A stretch of DNA of 64,000 nucleotides from Candidatus Latescibacterota bacterium (lineage in GTDB: Bacteria; Latescibacterota; CBDEFO01), in NCBI GenBank assembly GCA_965237525.1, contig CBDEFO010000004.1, positions 256,001 to 320,000 on the forward strand. Reading direction: 5' to 3'. Positions 41,301 through 53,566 of the stretch are shown here, one piece after another (positions within the stretch are counted from its first letter, which is position 1; each line of letters starts with the position of its first letter). The translations under genes were made by a program, and so were the position numbers. Under the pieces are notes generated by a model. That model did not search any database, had not been told where the DNA came from, and saw nothing but the letters and a program-made list of their open reading frames with translations.

Positions 41301-43245
41301 TTCCCACAATCAGTATTCGGAGCGGATTTAGATGGAGATGAAGATAATGACTTAGTTATAACTAATATTAGCGACAATACTATATCAGTGTTGTTAAACA
41401 ATGCAGATGGAACATTTGCAACTAAAGTGGACTATGAGGCTGGGCGTTATCCCCTGTCAGTGTTCATTGCGGATTTAGATGGCGATGGTGACAATGATGT
41501 AGCTGTAACTGTAAGATATAGTGTGTCAGTGTTTTTGAATAGTGGAGATGGAATTTTTCCAACTAAGGTGAGTTTTCCTGTTGGGAATAATCCCGGATCA
41601 GTATTTGTCGCGGACGTAGATGGAGATGGAGATAATGACCTAATTACCTCGGCTGTATCAGTGTTGTTAAATCTGTCTATCTCTGCCGCAATATCCTCCC
41701 CTCTTGTTGTGACATCTGTTAATCCCGTTTCGGGAAAAGAGTTAAGCGGTACCTCCGTAACTATAAGAGGAGCTAATTTCCAAAGTGGAGCCACTGTTAA
41801 TTTCGGTGATAGTGAAGCCACAAACGTGGTTGTAGTTACCCCCTATACCATTACAGCTACGACCCCTGCTTCTCCTGTTGAAGTTGTGGACGTGATGGTC
41901 ACTAATCCCAACGGTGAGACAGACACACTTGAGAAAGGATTCACTTTTATTCCCGCCCTTTTCGGGCCCAGAACTTATTATGCCACCGGGCGTAGTCCCC
42001 AATCTATCTTCATCGCGGATTTAGATGGAGACGGCGATAATGACTTAGCAACAGCTAATTCTGCCATAGTATATAATCTTCCTAACAAATCAGAGTCTGA
42101 ATTAGTCCGTGGTGTGTCTACTGTTTCATTGTTACTAAATAATGGAGATGGAACATTTGCCCCTAACATGGACCAAATCGTTGGTCGAGGTGCCCATTCA
42201 ATATTCATTGAGGATTTAGACGGAGATGGAGACAAAGACCTTGCTACGGCTAATTCTGACGATAATAGTGTATCGGTATTATTGAATAATGGAGATGGGA
42301 CATTTGCAACTAAAGTGGACTATGAGGCTGGGCGTTATCCCCTGTCAGTGTTCATTGCGGATTTAGATGGCGATGGGAACAATGACTTAACTACGGCTAA
42401 TAGTAGCGATAATGTGTCAGTTTTGTTGAATAATGGGGATGGAACATTTGTAACTAAGACGGACTATCCCGCTGGCGATCAACCCTTGATGGTCTTCATT
42501 GCGGATTTAGATAGCGATGGAGACAATGACGTAGCTGTGGTTAATCGCAACAGCCATAATGTATCAGTATTATTAAATAATGGAGATGGAACATTTTCAC
42601 CTAAGGTGGACTATGATGTTGGGAGTAGTCCCTATTCAGTTTTCAGCACAGATTTAGATGGAGATGGAGATAATGACTTAGTTACAGCTAATTTGGGCAG
42701 CGATAATGTGTCAGTGTTGTTAAACAATGGAGACGGAATATTTGTAACTAGGTCGGATTACAGTGTTGGGCGCGGTCCCTTCTCAGCAGTCAGTGCAGAT
42801 TTAGATGGAGATGGAAATAATGACTTAGCTGTGACTAATCCACGTAGGAGTAATGTATCAGTGTTGTTGAATAATGGAAATGGATCATTTCCAACTAGGA
42901 CGGACTATACTGCTGGGGGTAGATCAATATTTATTGCAGATTTAGATGGAGATGAGGACAATGACTTAGCTGTGGTTAAGTCGGCTAGCGACAATGTGTC
43001 AGTTCTGTTGAATCTTTCTGAAATACTCATAGCTGATAGTACTGCTGTAACCGTATATGAAGAATCATCGTCAGATATTCCCGAGACATATGCCCTCTCC
43101 CAGAACTATCCCAATCCGTTTAACCCCCAGACGGTGATCCACTACGAGCTTCCTGTCCAAAGCCACGTTAGGCTATCTGTCTATAACATAATGGGTCAGA
43201 AGGTTGGCACACTGGTGAATGACCGCAGATCTGCTGGTAGCTACT

Positions 43246-44547
43246 GGTTATTTATCAAATGAAATCGGTGCACTTCTCTTTCGATCTTTGATTGATCTTG
43301 AATGATAGGTTTTCGACAATCTTTGGTTTCTGTTCTTTTTCAAAATGGATGTATAATTGTTCTTCTTTTAGGTTCCATTCAGCCAGGACAAAGTAGTTGG
43401 TGTAAGAGGAGGGAAGAGATACTTTCTCATTTAGGACATCGATAAAGGCTTTATCTGTCTGTTCTGTGTCCTGTTTGACTTGTCTGATAAAATAGGTCTT
43501 GGGAATGAAATCTTTCTCGTTTGACTTCTCTTGCTTAGGTGGACGGTAGCCGGTGTATCTCTGTGATGAAAGATTAAACCATTCTAACTTCTGATCAACT
43601 TCTTGTAAGCTTTTGAACTGAATTCTGTTCCAGAACTTCCTTGAAAATACAGAATTGTTGCCTTCTATAGATGCTTGAGAAAAGGGCCTTCTGGGAACGG
43701 CAAATATCGGAATCACTTGATTTTTCAAGAGAAACTGCATTGCTTTGCTGACATTCCTTTTACCTGAAACACTGCCAATAGTCGCCGAGCAATTGTCCAC
43801 CTTAACGAAATCTGGTTTTTCAAACCTGTCAAAGAAAGACTGACACTTCTCGATAAAGTTAGTTGCTGTTTGACCGTCAACCCGCCGAAAATACCTTAAC
43901 TTAGGCTCTTTCTTAAAGGAAAATCCAACGAAGTTGACCGGCTCAGTTCTGCCGGTAAGATACTTTTTACCAATAAAGTCTGATTCTAGGACTCTGCCTC
44001 CTGAAAGATAGTAAATGGTATACTCTGGATAACAAAGATAACGAGATGCACCCTTGTTTTTACCTTTCTTCCTTCTCTGGGAAAGTCCTAAATCTGAAAG
44101 CATTCTGCCGATAGTCGGCAACGACGGAGGAGGGGTGCTAGAATATCGATTCCTCCATTCTTGTTCAATAACAGTGGCTCCTGAATAGAACTGATAAGGA
44201 TCGTCCTCTAAGCTATGGTAAATCTCTTTGATTCTCTGTTCGTCAACTTTAGCCAATTTTCGCCTTTTTCCTTTTGGCCAACCCCGATTATCCATGGCAA
44301 AATCCTGATCCGGAGATTTAGTCCAAGCCGTAACGAAATCATTGGAAACTCTCGCTTGTTTGATAACTTCTCGCTTTGACATTTCTTTCTTAAAATACAT
44401 CTCGTTGACTTCTTGTCTTAATACGGCCAATCTCTCTTTGTCCATAGGACTCCGTAGATTAAAGTTAAGACAATCAACTCAACTTAATCTACTAATACTC
44501 TAAACAAAGATCAAATTAGGTGCACCGATTTCATTTGATATTCAACC
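43246..44547 (-). mobile_element. 1302-bp DDE IS, copy 3
   Basis: Same IRs; TSD GCTACT at 43240-43245 and 44548-44553. Confidence 0.9.
43255..44445 (-). CDS. DDE transposase
   Basis: Near-identical to the other copies. Confidence 0.85.
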   Translation of the reverse strand: MDKERLAVLRQEVNEMYFKKEMSKREVIKQARVSNDFVTAWTKSPDQDFAMDNRGWPKGKRRKLAKVDEQRIKEIYHSLEDDPYQFYSGATVIEQEWRNRYSSTPPPSLPTIGRMLSDLGLSQRRKKGKNKGASRYLCYPEYTIYYLSGGRVLESDFIGKKYLTGRTEPVNFVGFSFKKEPKLRYFRRVDGQTATNFIEKCQSFFDRFEKPDFVKVDNCSATIGSVSGKRNVSKAMQFLLKNQVIPIFAVPRRPFSQASIEGNNSVFSRKFWNRIQFKSLQEVDQKLEWFNLSSQRYTGYRPPKQEKSNEKDFIPKTYFIRQVKQDTEQTDKAFIDVLNEKVSLPSSYTNYFVLAEWNLKEEQLYIHFEKEQKPKIVENLSFKINQRSKEKCTDFI

Positions 44548-44723
44548 GCTACTCTTTAGTTTGGGATGCCAAAAATGACAACGGAGAGAACCTTGCCACC
44601 GGGGTCTATCTGTATCGGATGGAAGCAGAGGGATTTGTGCAGACAAGGAAGCTGGTTTTGATGCGATAGGCTTAACTCAAAACCTTTTTGGACTAATAGC
44701 CAATCCTCATTTAGGAACAACCT

Positions 44724-45608
44724 ATGTGGTTGGAAGCACAGACCAAAGAACTCAGGGAGCTTACGAGGCTCTACGAATACTACAGCAAACACCACCTCCC
44801 CAAAGACCTCACGGAGAGGATCGTGGACATATTTGGGATTGACATCCGGGCGAAGTACCATCGCACGGAACTGCCCAATCCCATAATCGTGGCTCCCGGG
44901 CAGATGAGTATGTACGACAACCAGATAGACTCAGCAGATAGAGCGGGTTACGGAGGACTCGTCCTCAAATCCTTCGTAGGAGAGGCACCAGACGGCAGTT
45001 GTTCTATGGAGTCCTGGAGGACTGAGGGGAACTACACGCGCACTTACTACGAGCCCGCGTACAGAAAGAGCGGCTCAAGACCTATAGTCCACTGGAACGG
45101 GAGAGGCGACACCAGAAACCTGGAGGACTATCTTCCATTTGCTGTCAGGACACATCAATCGGCAAGAAGATGCCGCACCGCAAGGATAGCCTCGATAATT
45201 TGCCATCTGCCCGGAACAAAAGGCGAAAAGTGGATGGAGGAGGAATGGCTCTACACCACGAAAGTCTTAAGCGATGTAGGATACAAAATCTTTGAGATAG
45301 CTTTTTCCCCCACACCCAGCATCCTCGAAAAGGCGAAAGACGGTGACATAGTACTGGGATGGTACAGGACCACTCCCAAAATTATGAGGAGGGCCAGAGA
45401 CGATATAGTAATCTATCCCAAGATAATGAACATGCGCTGGGGTTTGAACTATCAATTCCAGATGGTGGAGGCGTCCTTTGAAGGCAGCTCCGACGGAGTG
45501 GTGGTTGCAAACAGGATGTTCAACAGGAAATTCAAATCTGGACACGGCGGGCGAGTTCACAGAGGCTACGTTGAACGAATGGATGCCCATTCATCAGATC
45601 CTCTATGA
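44724..45608 (+). CDS. Dihydroorotate/dihydropyrimidine dehydrogenase-like FMN TIM-barrel protein, probably 3'-truncated
   Basis: LPNPIIVAPGQ, AGYGGLVLKS, DGVVVANR...GHGG, then an abrupt junction. Confidence 0.5.
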   Translation: MWLEAQTKELRELTRLYEYYSKHHLPKDLTERIVDIFGIDIRAKYHRTELPNPIIVAPGQMSMYDNQIDSADRAGYGGLVLKSFVGEAPDGSCSMESWRTEGNYTRTYYEPAYRKSGSRPIVHWNGRGDTRNLEDYLPFAVRTHQSARRCRTARIASIICHLPGTKGEKWMEEEWLYTTKVLSDVGYKIFEIAFSPTPSILEKAKDGDIVLGWYRTTPKIMRRARDDIVIYPKIMNMRWGLNYQFQMVEASFEGSSDGVVVANRMFNRKFKSGHGGRVHRGYVERMDAHSSDPL

Positions 45609-46597
45609 GACCTATGTCCCCTACTTTTTCGCTCTCCTTATCACAGGTGCGCTTTTGCTCCTTATAGATGTAAGAAATTTTGATCTATCTCGCTATCTAC
45701 TCTTTTGTATCTTGGCTTATCTCCCCTTTTTAGCTCACCGACACAGAGTCATCTTCTCCTTTGCCGCTATTGCAGTCCTATCTTTTGCACTTCAACACAT
45801 CATCAAAGATAAGATCCTCCGCACGGACTATCTACTCTATCCTATGTTATTCATAGTCCTCTTTGCGTACGGATATACCAGGATCCCCGATCTAGACTTC
45901 GGACTCAAAAGATCTTTGTACCCTGAGGGAGCAGTAGAGTTCTTGAGAGACCATCCTATCAAGGGAAACATTTTTAACGAATACACTTTCGGGGGATACA
46001 TAATGTGGGAGTTATATCCCCACTACAGGGTCTTCATAGATGGGAGAGGGAGGACCTTCCTCTACGAAGACGTCCTGGTGTCCGACTACGGCAGCATCTT
46101 GGGAAGAGGCGAGGCCTTTGAGACACTTATTTCCAATTACGACATCGGCCTTTTTATTCTCAACTATCCATCCAAAAGGGACAGACAAAGAGGCATAAAC
46201 TTTATCCACGATTTCCTCGCCGAAAGCGACGGCTGGAGACTCGTATATTGGGACGACATCGCCCTTATCTATATAAAAAATGAGGAAGAGTACTCTTCAT
46301 TAATAGATACCTAACCAATACAAATACATAAATCCGCTCGGGAGCAGAGTCTATGCGAACAGGCCCGAGGATATGGAGGTTCACCTTTCGGACATCGTGC
46401 AGGAGGTAAAAAGATGTATCGCCGAACATCCAGAGCACACACGCCCCCGCATGATTCTCGGCTATATACTTACCGTGAATAAAAGATACACCGAGGCCTT
46501 CGAGCAGCACAAAGAGGTTCTAAAGATCGAACCCGGACATCCCGGAGCCTTGAATAATATTCGGTGGATCAGCGATAATCTGACTATTGAAAGGTAA
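45552..46597 (+). pseudogene. C-terminal part of a polytopic membrane protein with a TPR tail; 5' end missing, frameshift near 46312
   Basis: NEWMP, TM helices, YPEGAVEFL..GNIFNEY.FGGY...VFIDGR; removing one A at ACCTAAC restores YQYKYINP into the TPR ORF 46373..46597. Confidence 0.6.
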
Positions 46598-46618
46598 CGA
46601 TTTAATGTAGATATGGAT

Positions 46619-47527
46619 CTATGAGCTGCACTTCGGCTCTGTCAGGTCGGCGGTGGGAACCTCCAGACCGGGGATGTCCGATCTGTAAAGGTAGAGTCCA
46701 CCCAGTAAATTTGGGTCTTCAGGATCGAAACCAGGGGGCTGTAAGAAAGAGGTAAAAGGCTCAGACGCCGCGGTGATATAGAGATCTGTTAGATCCTCGC
46801 CACCGAAGCAGACGGAAGAAGCCTGAACGTCGGGGACTTCTATGCGACGCTCCTCAATTCCACCAGCGTCGTAGCGAATCACACAGCTTCCGTACCACAT
46901 AGCCACCCAAACGCCTCCTTCTGCATCTACAGCGATTCCATCCGGCATTCCAGGCTCTTGGGAAAAATCAATATAGACCTGACGATTGGCGACAGCACCA
47001 GACTCGATATTGTAGTCATAACAGAATATCTTACGAGCCGCTGAATCGGAGTGGTACATGATCGTATCCTGAGGGTTGAACCCCAATCCGTTGGAAAGTT
47101 GGATGTCTCCCTGAACAACCGAAATGGAGCAATCGTTGTCAAAGCGGTATAGTACCCCTTCCTGCTCCACCTTATCCTCCCCCACAAACATCGAGCCTAC
47201 AAAGACGCGTCCTTGGGGATCGGCGGTCATATCGTTTAACTGCAACTTCCTGCCCTCAAACTCAGAGGCGACGGGGATAAAGTTGTCCCGATCCTTCCAC
47301 AGATGGAGTCCATCGGACCCTGCAAGAACCAGCCCTCCGGGCTGGTTCAGCGCCATCCCTCCCACGTGGACATCTTCTATAAGGAGCTCAATATCCCCCG
47401 TATCAGCACTATATCTGTGGACCCTTCGCTCTGCATGGTCAGACCAGTATAGACAATTATTTTCAGGATCCCAAAGTGGGGCTTCTCCTACTCGGTATCC
47501 GCTGCTAATAAGATCCGATTGATCCAT
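46619..47527 (-). CDS. SMP-30/gluconolactonase/LRE family protein
   Basis: GEAPLWD, LNDM..DP.GR, SNGLGF, PDGIAVDAEGG, FGG.DLTDLYIT. Confidence 0.93.
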   Translation of the reverse strand: MDQSDLISSGYRVGEAPLWDPENNCLYWSDHAERRVHRYSADTGDIELLIEDVHVGGMALNQPGGLVLAGSDGLHLWKDRDNFIPVASEFEGRKLQLNDMTADPQGRVFVGSMFVGEDKVEQEGVLYRFDNDCSISVVQGDIQLSNGLGFNPQDTIMYHSDSAARKIFCYDYNIESGAVANRQVYIDFSQEPGMPDGIAVDAEGGVWVAMWYGSCVIRYDAGGIEERRIEVPDVQASSVCFGGEDLTDLYITAASEPFTSFLQPPGFDPEDPNLLGGLYLYRSDIPGLEVPTADLTEPKCSS

Positions 47528-47601
47528 AGTTCTGCCCTTTCTATTCCGTCTACCTACTTCCCGCTGCATATAGCGAAAGTGAACGTTAAAACCTCAATTC
47601 T

Positions 47602-48366
47602 CTAATGCGCTGTGTAACCGCCGTCAGCGAGCAGAGTTGCAGCTGTGATGAAGGATGCCTCATCTGAGGCAAAAAAGAGGACAGTGTAGGCTATCTCCTT
47701 GGGATCTCCCATTCGCTTGATGAAGAGCATGGGCTTTATTTCCTCCACCAACTCCTCTTTGGTCATCCCGGTGAATTGTGCGTGCCGCAAGGTAGCGGGG
47801 GTATCTATAGCACCGGGACAGACGCAATTGACCCGTATGTTATCTTTTGCAAGATCGTAAGCCAGACATCGGGTCAATTGAAGCACCGCGCCTTTGCTGC
47901 TATTATAAGGGACAAAAGCGGGCTGTGCGACAAACGAACTCGTAGACCCCAGATTCACAATTGCTCCGCCGCCGCGCTCTCGCATGACAGGTGCGGCGTA
48001 TTTTGTGCAGAAGGCGTAGCCCTTGACGTTAACGCCCAAAACCCGATCCCAATCCTCCTCTGTTGCCTCTTCCACCGTCCCAAATACGAAAGCAGCCGCG
48101 TTGTTTACCAGGATGTCCAAGCCTCCGTATTCTGAGACAACCGTCTTGATCATCTCCTCTACTTCCTTTTCTTTGGAGACGTCACAGCGGCAAAACAGCG
48201 CCTGCCCCCCGGCCTGATGAATCTCCTTTGCTGTTTCCTGGCCGCCGTCGGCATCTATATCCGCAATGGCGACACTGGCTCCTTCTTCTGCAAAGAGCAG
48301 TGCTGTCGCCCGACCAATGCCCGAACCGGCACCCGTAATCAGCGCAATCTTATGCTCTAATCTCAT
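47602..48366 (-). CDS. SDR family NAD(P)-dependent oxidoreductase
   Basis: [28 protein letters not shown]. Confidence 0.94.
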   Translation of the reverse strand: MRLEHKIALITGAGSGIGRATALLFAEEGASVAIADIDADGGQETAKEIHQAGGQALFCRCDVSKEKEVEEMIKTVVSEYGGLDILVNNAAAFVFGTVEEATEEDWDRVLGVNVKGYAFCTKYAAPVMRERGGGAIVNLGSTSSFVAQPAFVPYNSSKGAVLQLTRCLAYDLAKDNIRVNCVCPGAIDTPATLRHAQFTGMTKEELVEEIKPMLFIKRMGDPKEIAYTVLFFASDEASFITAATLLADGGYTAH

Positions 48367-48490
48367 AGTTGGTCCTCCCTTCGTCAGTGAAATATTCCCT
48401 GGATTGCAACTTTTGTGAAGGAATATACAGATGAAACTGCTAACTGTCAACAGGAATTGTGGGGAGCATCTCAAACTTGATGGCAAGAAT

Positions 48491-48531
48491 AAAAAAGCCG
48501 AACCCATTCAGAACTGAGCTTCGGCTTTTTT
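48491..48531. terminator. Bidirectional-type intrinsic terminator
   Basis: AAAAAAGCCGAA...TTCGGCTTTTTT hairpin with A/T tails. Confidence 0.65.
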
Positions 48532-48544
48532 CTAATCTATTGAA

Positions 48545-48616
48545 TGTAGGGGCGAATTCATGTGTTCGCCCGATTCCGCTGCATTATCAGGGCAGACACG
48601 CTGATCTGCCCCTACA
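48545..48616. repeat. GTAG-REP doublet (family B)
   Basis: TGTAGGGGCGAATTCATGTGTTCGCCC ... GGGCAGACACGCTGATCTGCCCCTACA. Confidence 0.8.
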
Positions 48617-49891
48617 GATAGTGGCAAAGTCTATCTCATCAATACCAGCTTCCTTATCTTCACAAATTCTTCCGATCCATCCGTCTTCAAGCGATACAGA
48701 TAGACCCCGCTGGCAAGGCTCTCTCCATTATCATCTTTGCCATCCCAGAATACAGAGTGGCTTCCTGCGTCCATCTGCTCATTTACCATGTTGCAACCTT
48801 CTGTCCTATCATATTATAGACAGATAGCTCAACGTGGCTTTGAACGGGAAGATCGTAATGAATCACCGTCTCTGGGTTAAACGGATTGGGGAAGTTCGGG
48901 TATAGGGCGTAAACCTGAGGAATATGACTGTTGTCATTTCTATCCAAACTGGGCACCCCCAGCGTTATCGTCTCCGTTAGGATGAGTTCACCTATATCCT
49001 GAGGAGTATCGGTTCCCATCTCAACCTTGGTCGTACCGTACCGCCCTGACGGCCCATAATACTCTAAAACTATCTCATCCCCACTTAAGTAGCGGAATAG
49101 GTCACCACTTTCACGATCCCTCAAATTCCCCAAATTGATAGACCAATATGCACTTGCGGAAGTCGCAGCCGATATAGGATACGATTCTTTTCCCTTGTGG
49201 ATGACCGTTGCATAGAGCACTCCCCTATCGCTTATCTCCTTTCCACCATCCTCCACCACTTTGCCTTATATTGCGTACGGATATGGAATCGAGTTCAGCA
49301 GAGGAGTAGTCGTAAACGATCTGACCTCGTCCTCACTTTTGCCATTTGGATCTACCGGCAGGATTCTGTAATAGTACTTCGTATCAGGAGTAAGTCCGAT
49401 TATGTCTACCCAGTGTATATCGTCAGGATATTCGACTCCTCTTACATCATATGCTATGTCGTAATAAGAGAAATCAGGATCAGTGCCATATTGCACCTGA
49501 GCCAAATGATTCTCGGCGCTTATCCAAGATACAGTAGCCGCCAAGTCGGTCACGTTAGATACCTTCACCTCAAAGGGAAACACATTGGCACTAACCTCTT
49601 CCTCAAATCTTCTATGCTCCAGCTCGTGTGGTTCAGGAGCAATCGCTTTGGGAGCTGAGACAGGAGGCGTGAACTCACTGAAAGCAAGTACCTTAACAAA
49701 ATATCCCTCTCCCAACTCTATGCTGAACGCGTCTGTGGGGTCTGTTATTACCGTCCCATCCGCAGCCCTTATCGCAGATTCAAACAAGCTCGCAGCATTA
49801 TTCCATCTGTCTATCTCTCTCGCATTCGGTATCAACGGCAGCAGTGTGTGAGAAGTAAAGTCCAGAGGAAACGGAACACCCACGATATTAA

Positions 49892-51410
49892 AAGCCTTGT
49901 GAAATAGTTATGTCCCAGGCAGCGTCTGAAGCGCCGATTATGGGTCAAAGAGTAGCATATCGTATCGTTTTGCTGTGGAATAAGCAAAATAGTCTTATCA
50001 GAGTTCTGGTCAGCAAGGAACAGGAGCTGTTTGAAGAACAGGATGCACTGTCTTTGACAGACAGGGCACACATAGACGCTTTCCCCCTTCTTATGAAAGA
50101 TACAAGCCTCTTGAGATTCTGTGCTGTTGCAACAAGATTCAACTGTTCATTCAGTGAGGCTGGTCCTCTGTAACGGGCTCGTCCCATACCGTGTTGTTGC
50201 CTGGCTTCAGCAAAGATATGTTCACTGCGTTTACGGAGTCTCCGGGAGAGTTTGTAGTCAGCTGTTAATGAGATAGACCGTGCATGATTTCTGGCTTTCG
50301 CCTCTCGCACTTTTCTATCCCGTTCGGCCTGAATATGTGCTGGATTTGTCTTGTTTTTCCATGTAGGAATCGGTTCAATCTTCTCATCGGCTCGCAGAGG
50401 AATATGGGGTATGATTCCCCGGTCAAGTACATCAGCGATAAAATTACCAGAACCGTAACCGGTATCGGCACTAAGTGTCTGAATGTCTTTGGGCATGGTG
50501 TATGTTTCAAGGTCATCTACCATCTTAAGGGCACTTTCGGGCTCTGCTGTCCCTGTCGCCTGCGTGCCCTGAGTCTCAAGGATTACTCTGCTTTTTGTGT
50601 CGATCAGATCATGGCCCATAAACGAGAGAAAAGCCCCTTTGCCCTTCGATTTGCTGTATAAGCGCGCGTCGGGGTCTGTAGTCGAACGGTGTGTTTGGTT
50701 CGTCCACTTTTCACCATGAAAGTCTTTATCCTGAGGATGCCCGGACCTACCCTTTGTCTTATCACCTTCAAAACCGATTCCCTTGAGATAATCATCAAGA
50801 GAAACAGGGGGTTCTATCGGCTCAATACTTTTCACTGAAGCATCAGCTTGTATCTGAGTGCCGTCGACACTAAGGTGTTTACCGCTCACAAGACCGACAT
50901 CTATGCAACACTGGACTACCTGACGCATTATCCGTTCAAACAACCCACTGGATGCCCACTTGTGATTGCGAAGCTTGTTGATCGTGCTCCTATCCGGAAC
51001 CGCATCATCAAATGTCTGATGACAAAACAACCGATATGCCGCATGCATCCCCACTTCCTGACAGAGCCGATTCTCACTCAAATTATACAGATAGCCAATA
51101 AGGATCATTCGAACAACTAATTCAGGATCAATACCGGGTCTGCCATTGTCAGGGCAATAACAATCTGATACAACGTCTCGTACAAATGAAAAATCAACTG
51201 CCTCATCAATCTGACGAAGGATATGATCCTCGGGAACTAAATCCTCCATCTGAAAATAGTGAAACATCGGATTTGTCTGTTCCTGCTTTTGTGGGGTCAT
51301 TGTTTCCTCCATGTATAATATTATCAATAACATAATATAATACATCGGAACTGCTTTATCAATGCTTGTTCTATACTGCTTTCTGAATCTAAGGGTTTTT
51401 CACAAGGCTT
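49892..51410 (-). mobile_element. IS1182-family element, copy 4 (flanks not duplicated)
   Basis: Same IRs; left flank TTAA (49888-49891), right flank TTAG (51411-51414). Confidence 0.92.
49945..51300 (-). CDS. IS1182-family transposase
   Basis: Near-identical to the other copies. Confidence 0.92.
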   Translation of the reverse strand: MTPQKQEQTNPMFHYFQMEDLVPEDHILRQIDEAVDFSFVRDVVSDCYCPDNGRPGIDPELVVRMILIGYLYNLSENRLCQEVGMHAAYRLFCHQTFDDAVPDRSTINKLRNHKWASSGLFERIMRQVVQCCIDVGLVSGKHLSVDGTQIQADASVKSIEPIEPPVSLDDYLKGIGFEGDKTKGRSGHPQDKDFHGEKWTNQTHRSTTDPDARLYSKSKGKGAFLSFMGHDLIDTKSRVILETQGTQATGTAEPESALKMVDDLETYTMPKDIQTLSADTGYGSGNFIADVLDRGIIPHIPLRADEKIEPIPTWKNKTNPAHIQAERDRKVREAKARNHARSISLTADYKLSRRLRKRSEHIFAEARQQHGMGRARYRGPASLNEQLNLVATAQNLKRLVSFIRRGKASMCALSVKDSASCSSNSSCSLLTRTLIRLFCLFHSKTIRYATL

Positions 51411-53566
51411 TTAGGGTGTCTTCGAAAGAGAAGGCCTTACCTCCTTTGTCCTTGGTGATCTTGGACGGCCCCCCCATAACGACAATATTCCCAGTGAAAC
51501 CTATGTTACCTTCCGCATCCTCCACCCTAATAACGGTAGAACCTCCGAAGATGGCTGTGAAGACGCCATTTTCATCAATCGTGCCTATGTCCCGATCCTG
51601 GACTCCCCAGGTAAAGACGCTTTTGCCAGGCCTGCCGACCACCCTGAACCGCCTGGTCTTTCCAAGCTTTACTCTCGTTTGGAACGGGCGAATATCAAGT
51701 CCCCCTGTCTTTGGCACCACTATAACGAGTCCATCCTCTGCCTCTACATTGGCCTCGTTTAAAAGACCATCTTGAACATCCAGCGCCGTTGAATCGCCCG
51801 GGGAACCCACAGTCTCAAAATGTAGATTAACCACACGACCGTTTCTCTCGAAATCGGCGCAGAACCCGCCAGTGCTATCTTCAGTGATCCTGGAGATATC
51901 TCATTGGCAGCAAGCTGCCACAGACTATCCACCAGCACTGGAATCTCCTGGGACTTGTTGGGCAAAACTATTATAGAACCAGCTCGCAAAATTCCCAGCC
52001 GCACCGCTACGAAGACACCGTCCACTGTCTCTACAGGATCCTCGTTCAAAAGACCATTCTCAAGATCCAAGGCAGTAGAATCTCCGACAGCACCTACGAC
52101 CTTGAAACGCAGATCGACCACCGGGCCACTGCCTGAAATCGGTGTAGGACCTGCCAGCGCAACCTTCAACGAGCCAGGAGATACCTCATTGGCTGCAATC
52201 TGCCACAGACTATCCACTGCTGATCCCACAGAGAACATAGGAACATCCGCCCTTAAGACATCAGGATCGTAGTGAAGCGTAAACTGAGCTGAGATCACTT
52301 CAGTACTGGGGACTAGACTATCCACGAACACCGGAACCTTGGCCCACCCTCCCGAAGGACCTGCCAAAAAGCCTACCTCTAAAACTCCCAGCGGCACCAC
52401 TTCCAAAAACCCATCAACTGACTCTACAGGATCCTCATTCAAAAGACCATTCTCAAGATCCAACACCGTAAAATCTCCGATATCTCCTATGACCTGAGCA
52501 TGGACAACTGCTAAGCTACCCGTTCCAATAAGAGGAGATTCAGCGCCCGCCATAGCAACAGAGACCTTACCGGGGCTCGGCACGTTCACTGAGAACTGCC
52601 ACGTGCTGTCGACCACGTTTCCCCTAAAGCTCATCACGGTATCGGGGTCTATTACCTCAGGATCGTAGAAAAGATTGAACTGGGCAGATATGATGCTATC
52701 TTCCACAGAGATTCCATCTACAAAGACCGGGATCTCTACCCACGCTCCTTTGCTTGCCTTTAACGTATCCACACGCATAGCTACCACTTCAGGAGCAGCA
52801 ACACCCTCTACAAATAGTGATCCGTCATCCAGAACCCCTGCCAGATCTGTCACAAAATCCAGCTCCCCATTGACCAGAACCTCTGGGGCAAACGCTATAT
52901 CGGTGGAGTCTCCCTCAGTTCCCACAACTCTGAAGTCTATAGAGACTAAAGTAGCATCTCCGACTAAGAAGCTGGACCCCGCCACGGTGACCTTAACAGT
53001 ATCGTCCTTTATTATACTATTTACACCCCATGTAGTGTCGGGGAGATTCCCCGAAAGTACAGAGTCCGCGTTTATCACGTTCCCATCGAACAGAAGGTCG
53101 AACTGAACCGAAGTGATCTCGTCTTTCTCTTTAATGCCCCGAATATCCACTGGCACTAAAATCGACTCGCCCGACGTGGCTGATGTATCGAGCACACTTA
53201 AAACCTTACCTGGTGGTCCTCCTAACACCGTAGAGGCGAAAAACAACTGAATGAAGGTTGCAAAAAGCATCGTCGATAGGAAATCACAAAGACACTCTGA
53301 CTTCATATAGCTTATCCTCTCATAAGTATTAATTCAACTAATATACAGAAAATAGTGCACTTGCCAAGCATAATTCAAAAAAACATAAAAAGATTTAAGA
53401 TTGTTTTAGACGAGCGATTTCCTATTACTTATCGGACCGACACTGGTACTTATGACAAGTTGTCTGATCTGCGAAAAGTACGAGCGTACCGGTTCATTTT
53501 TCAGACAAGAATGACCGATACTGGGGGCCTTATACTGTCGTCCTTGCGATTGACTGTCCTCAACGG

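Larger units (their letters stand above)
37422..44669 (+). pseudogene. Giant secreted IPT/TIG + FG-GAP (VCBS) repeat protein with a T9SS/FlgD-Ig C-terminal domain, interrupted by IS in the CTD
   Basis: Signal peptide, 5 IPT domains, 4 blocks of [10 protein letters not shown] repeats, QNYPNPFNP; the missing tail YSLVWDAKNDNGENLATGVYLYRMEAEGFVQTRKLVLMR* lies at 44550-44669. Confidence 0.9.
48631..53306 (-). pseudogene. Multi-cohesin / FN3-like / T9SS-CTD surface protein, multiply disrupted
   Basis: Signal peptide and 4 cohesin-like repeats; frameshift ~51845; IS1182 at 49892-51410; in-frame TAA at 49266-49268; 1-bp deletion ~48788 before ...KIRKLVLMR* at 48631. Confidence 0.75.
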
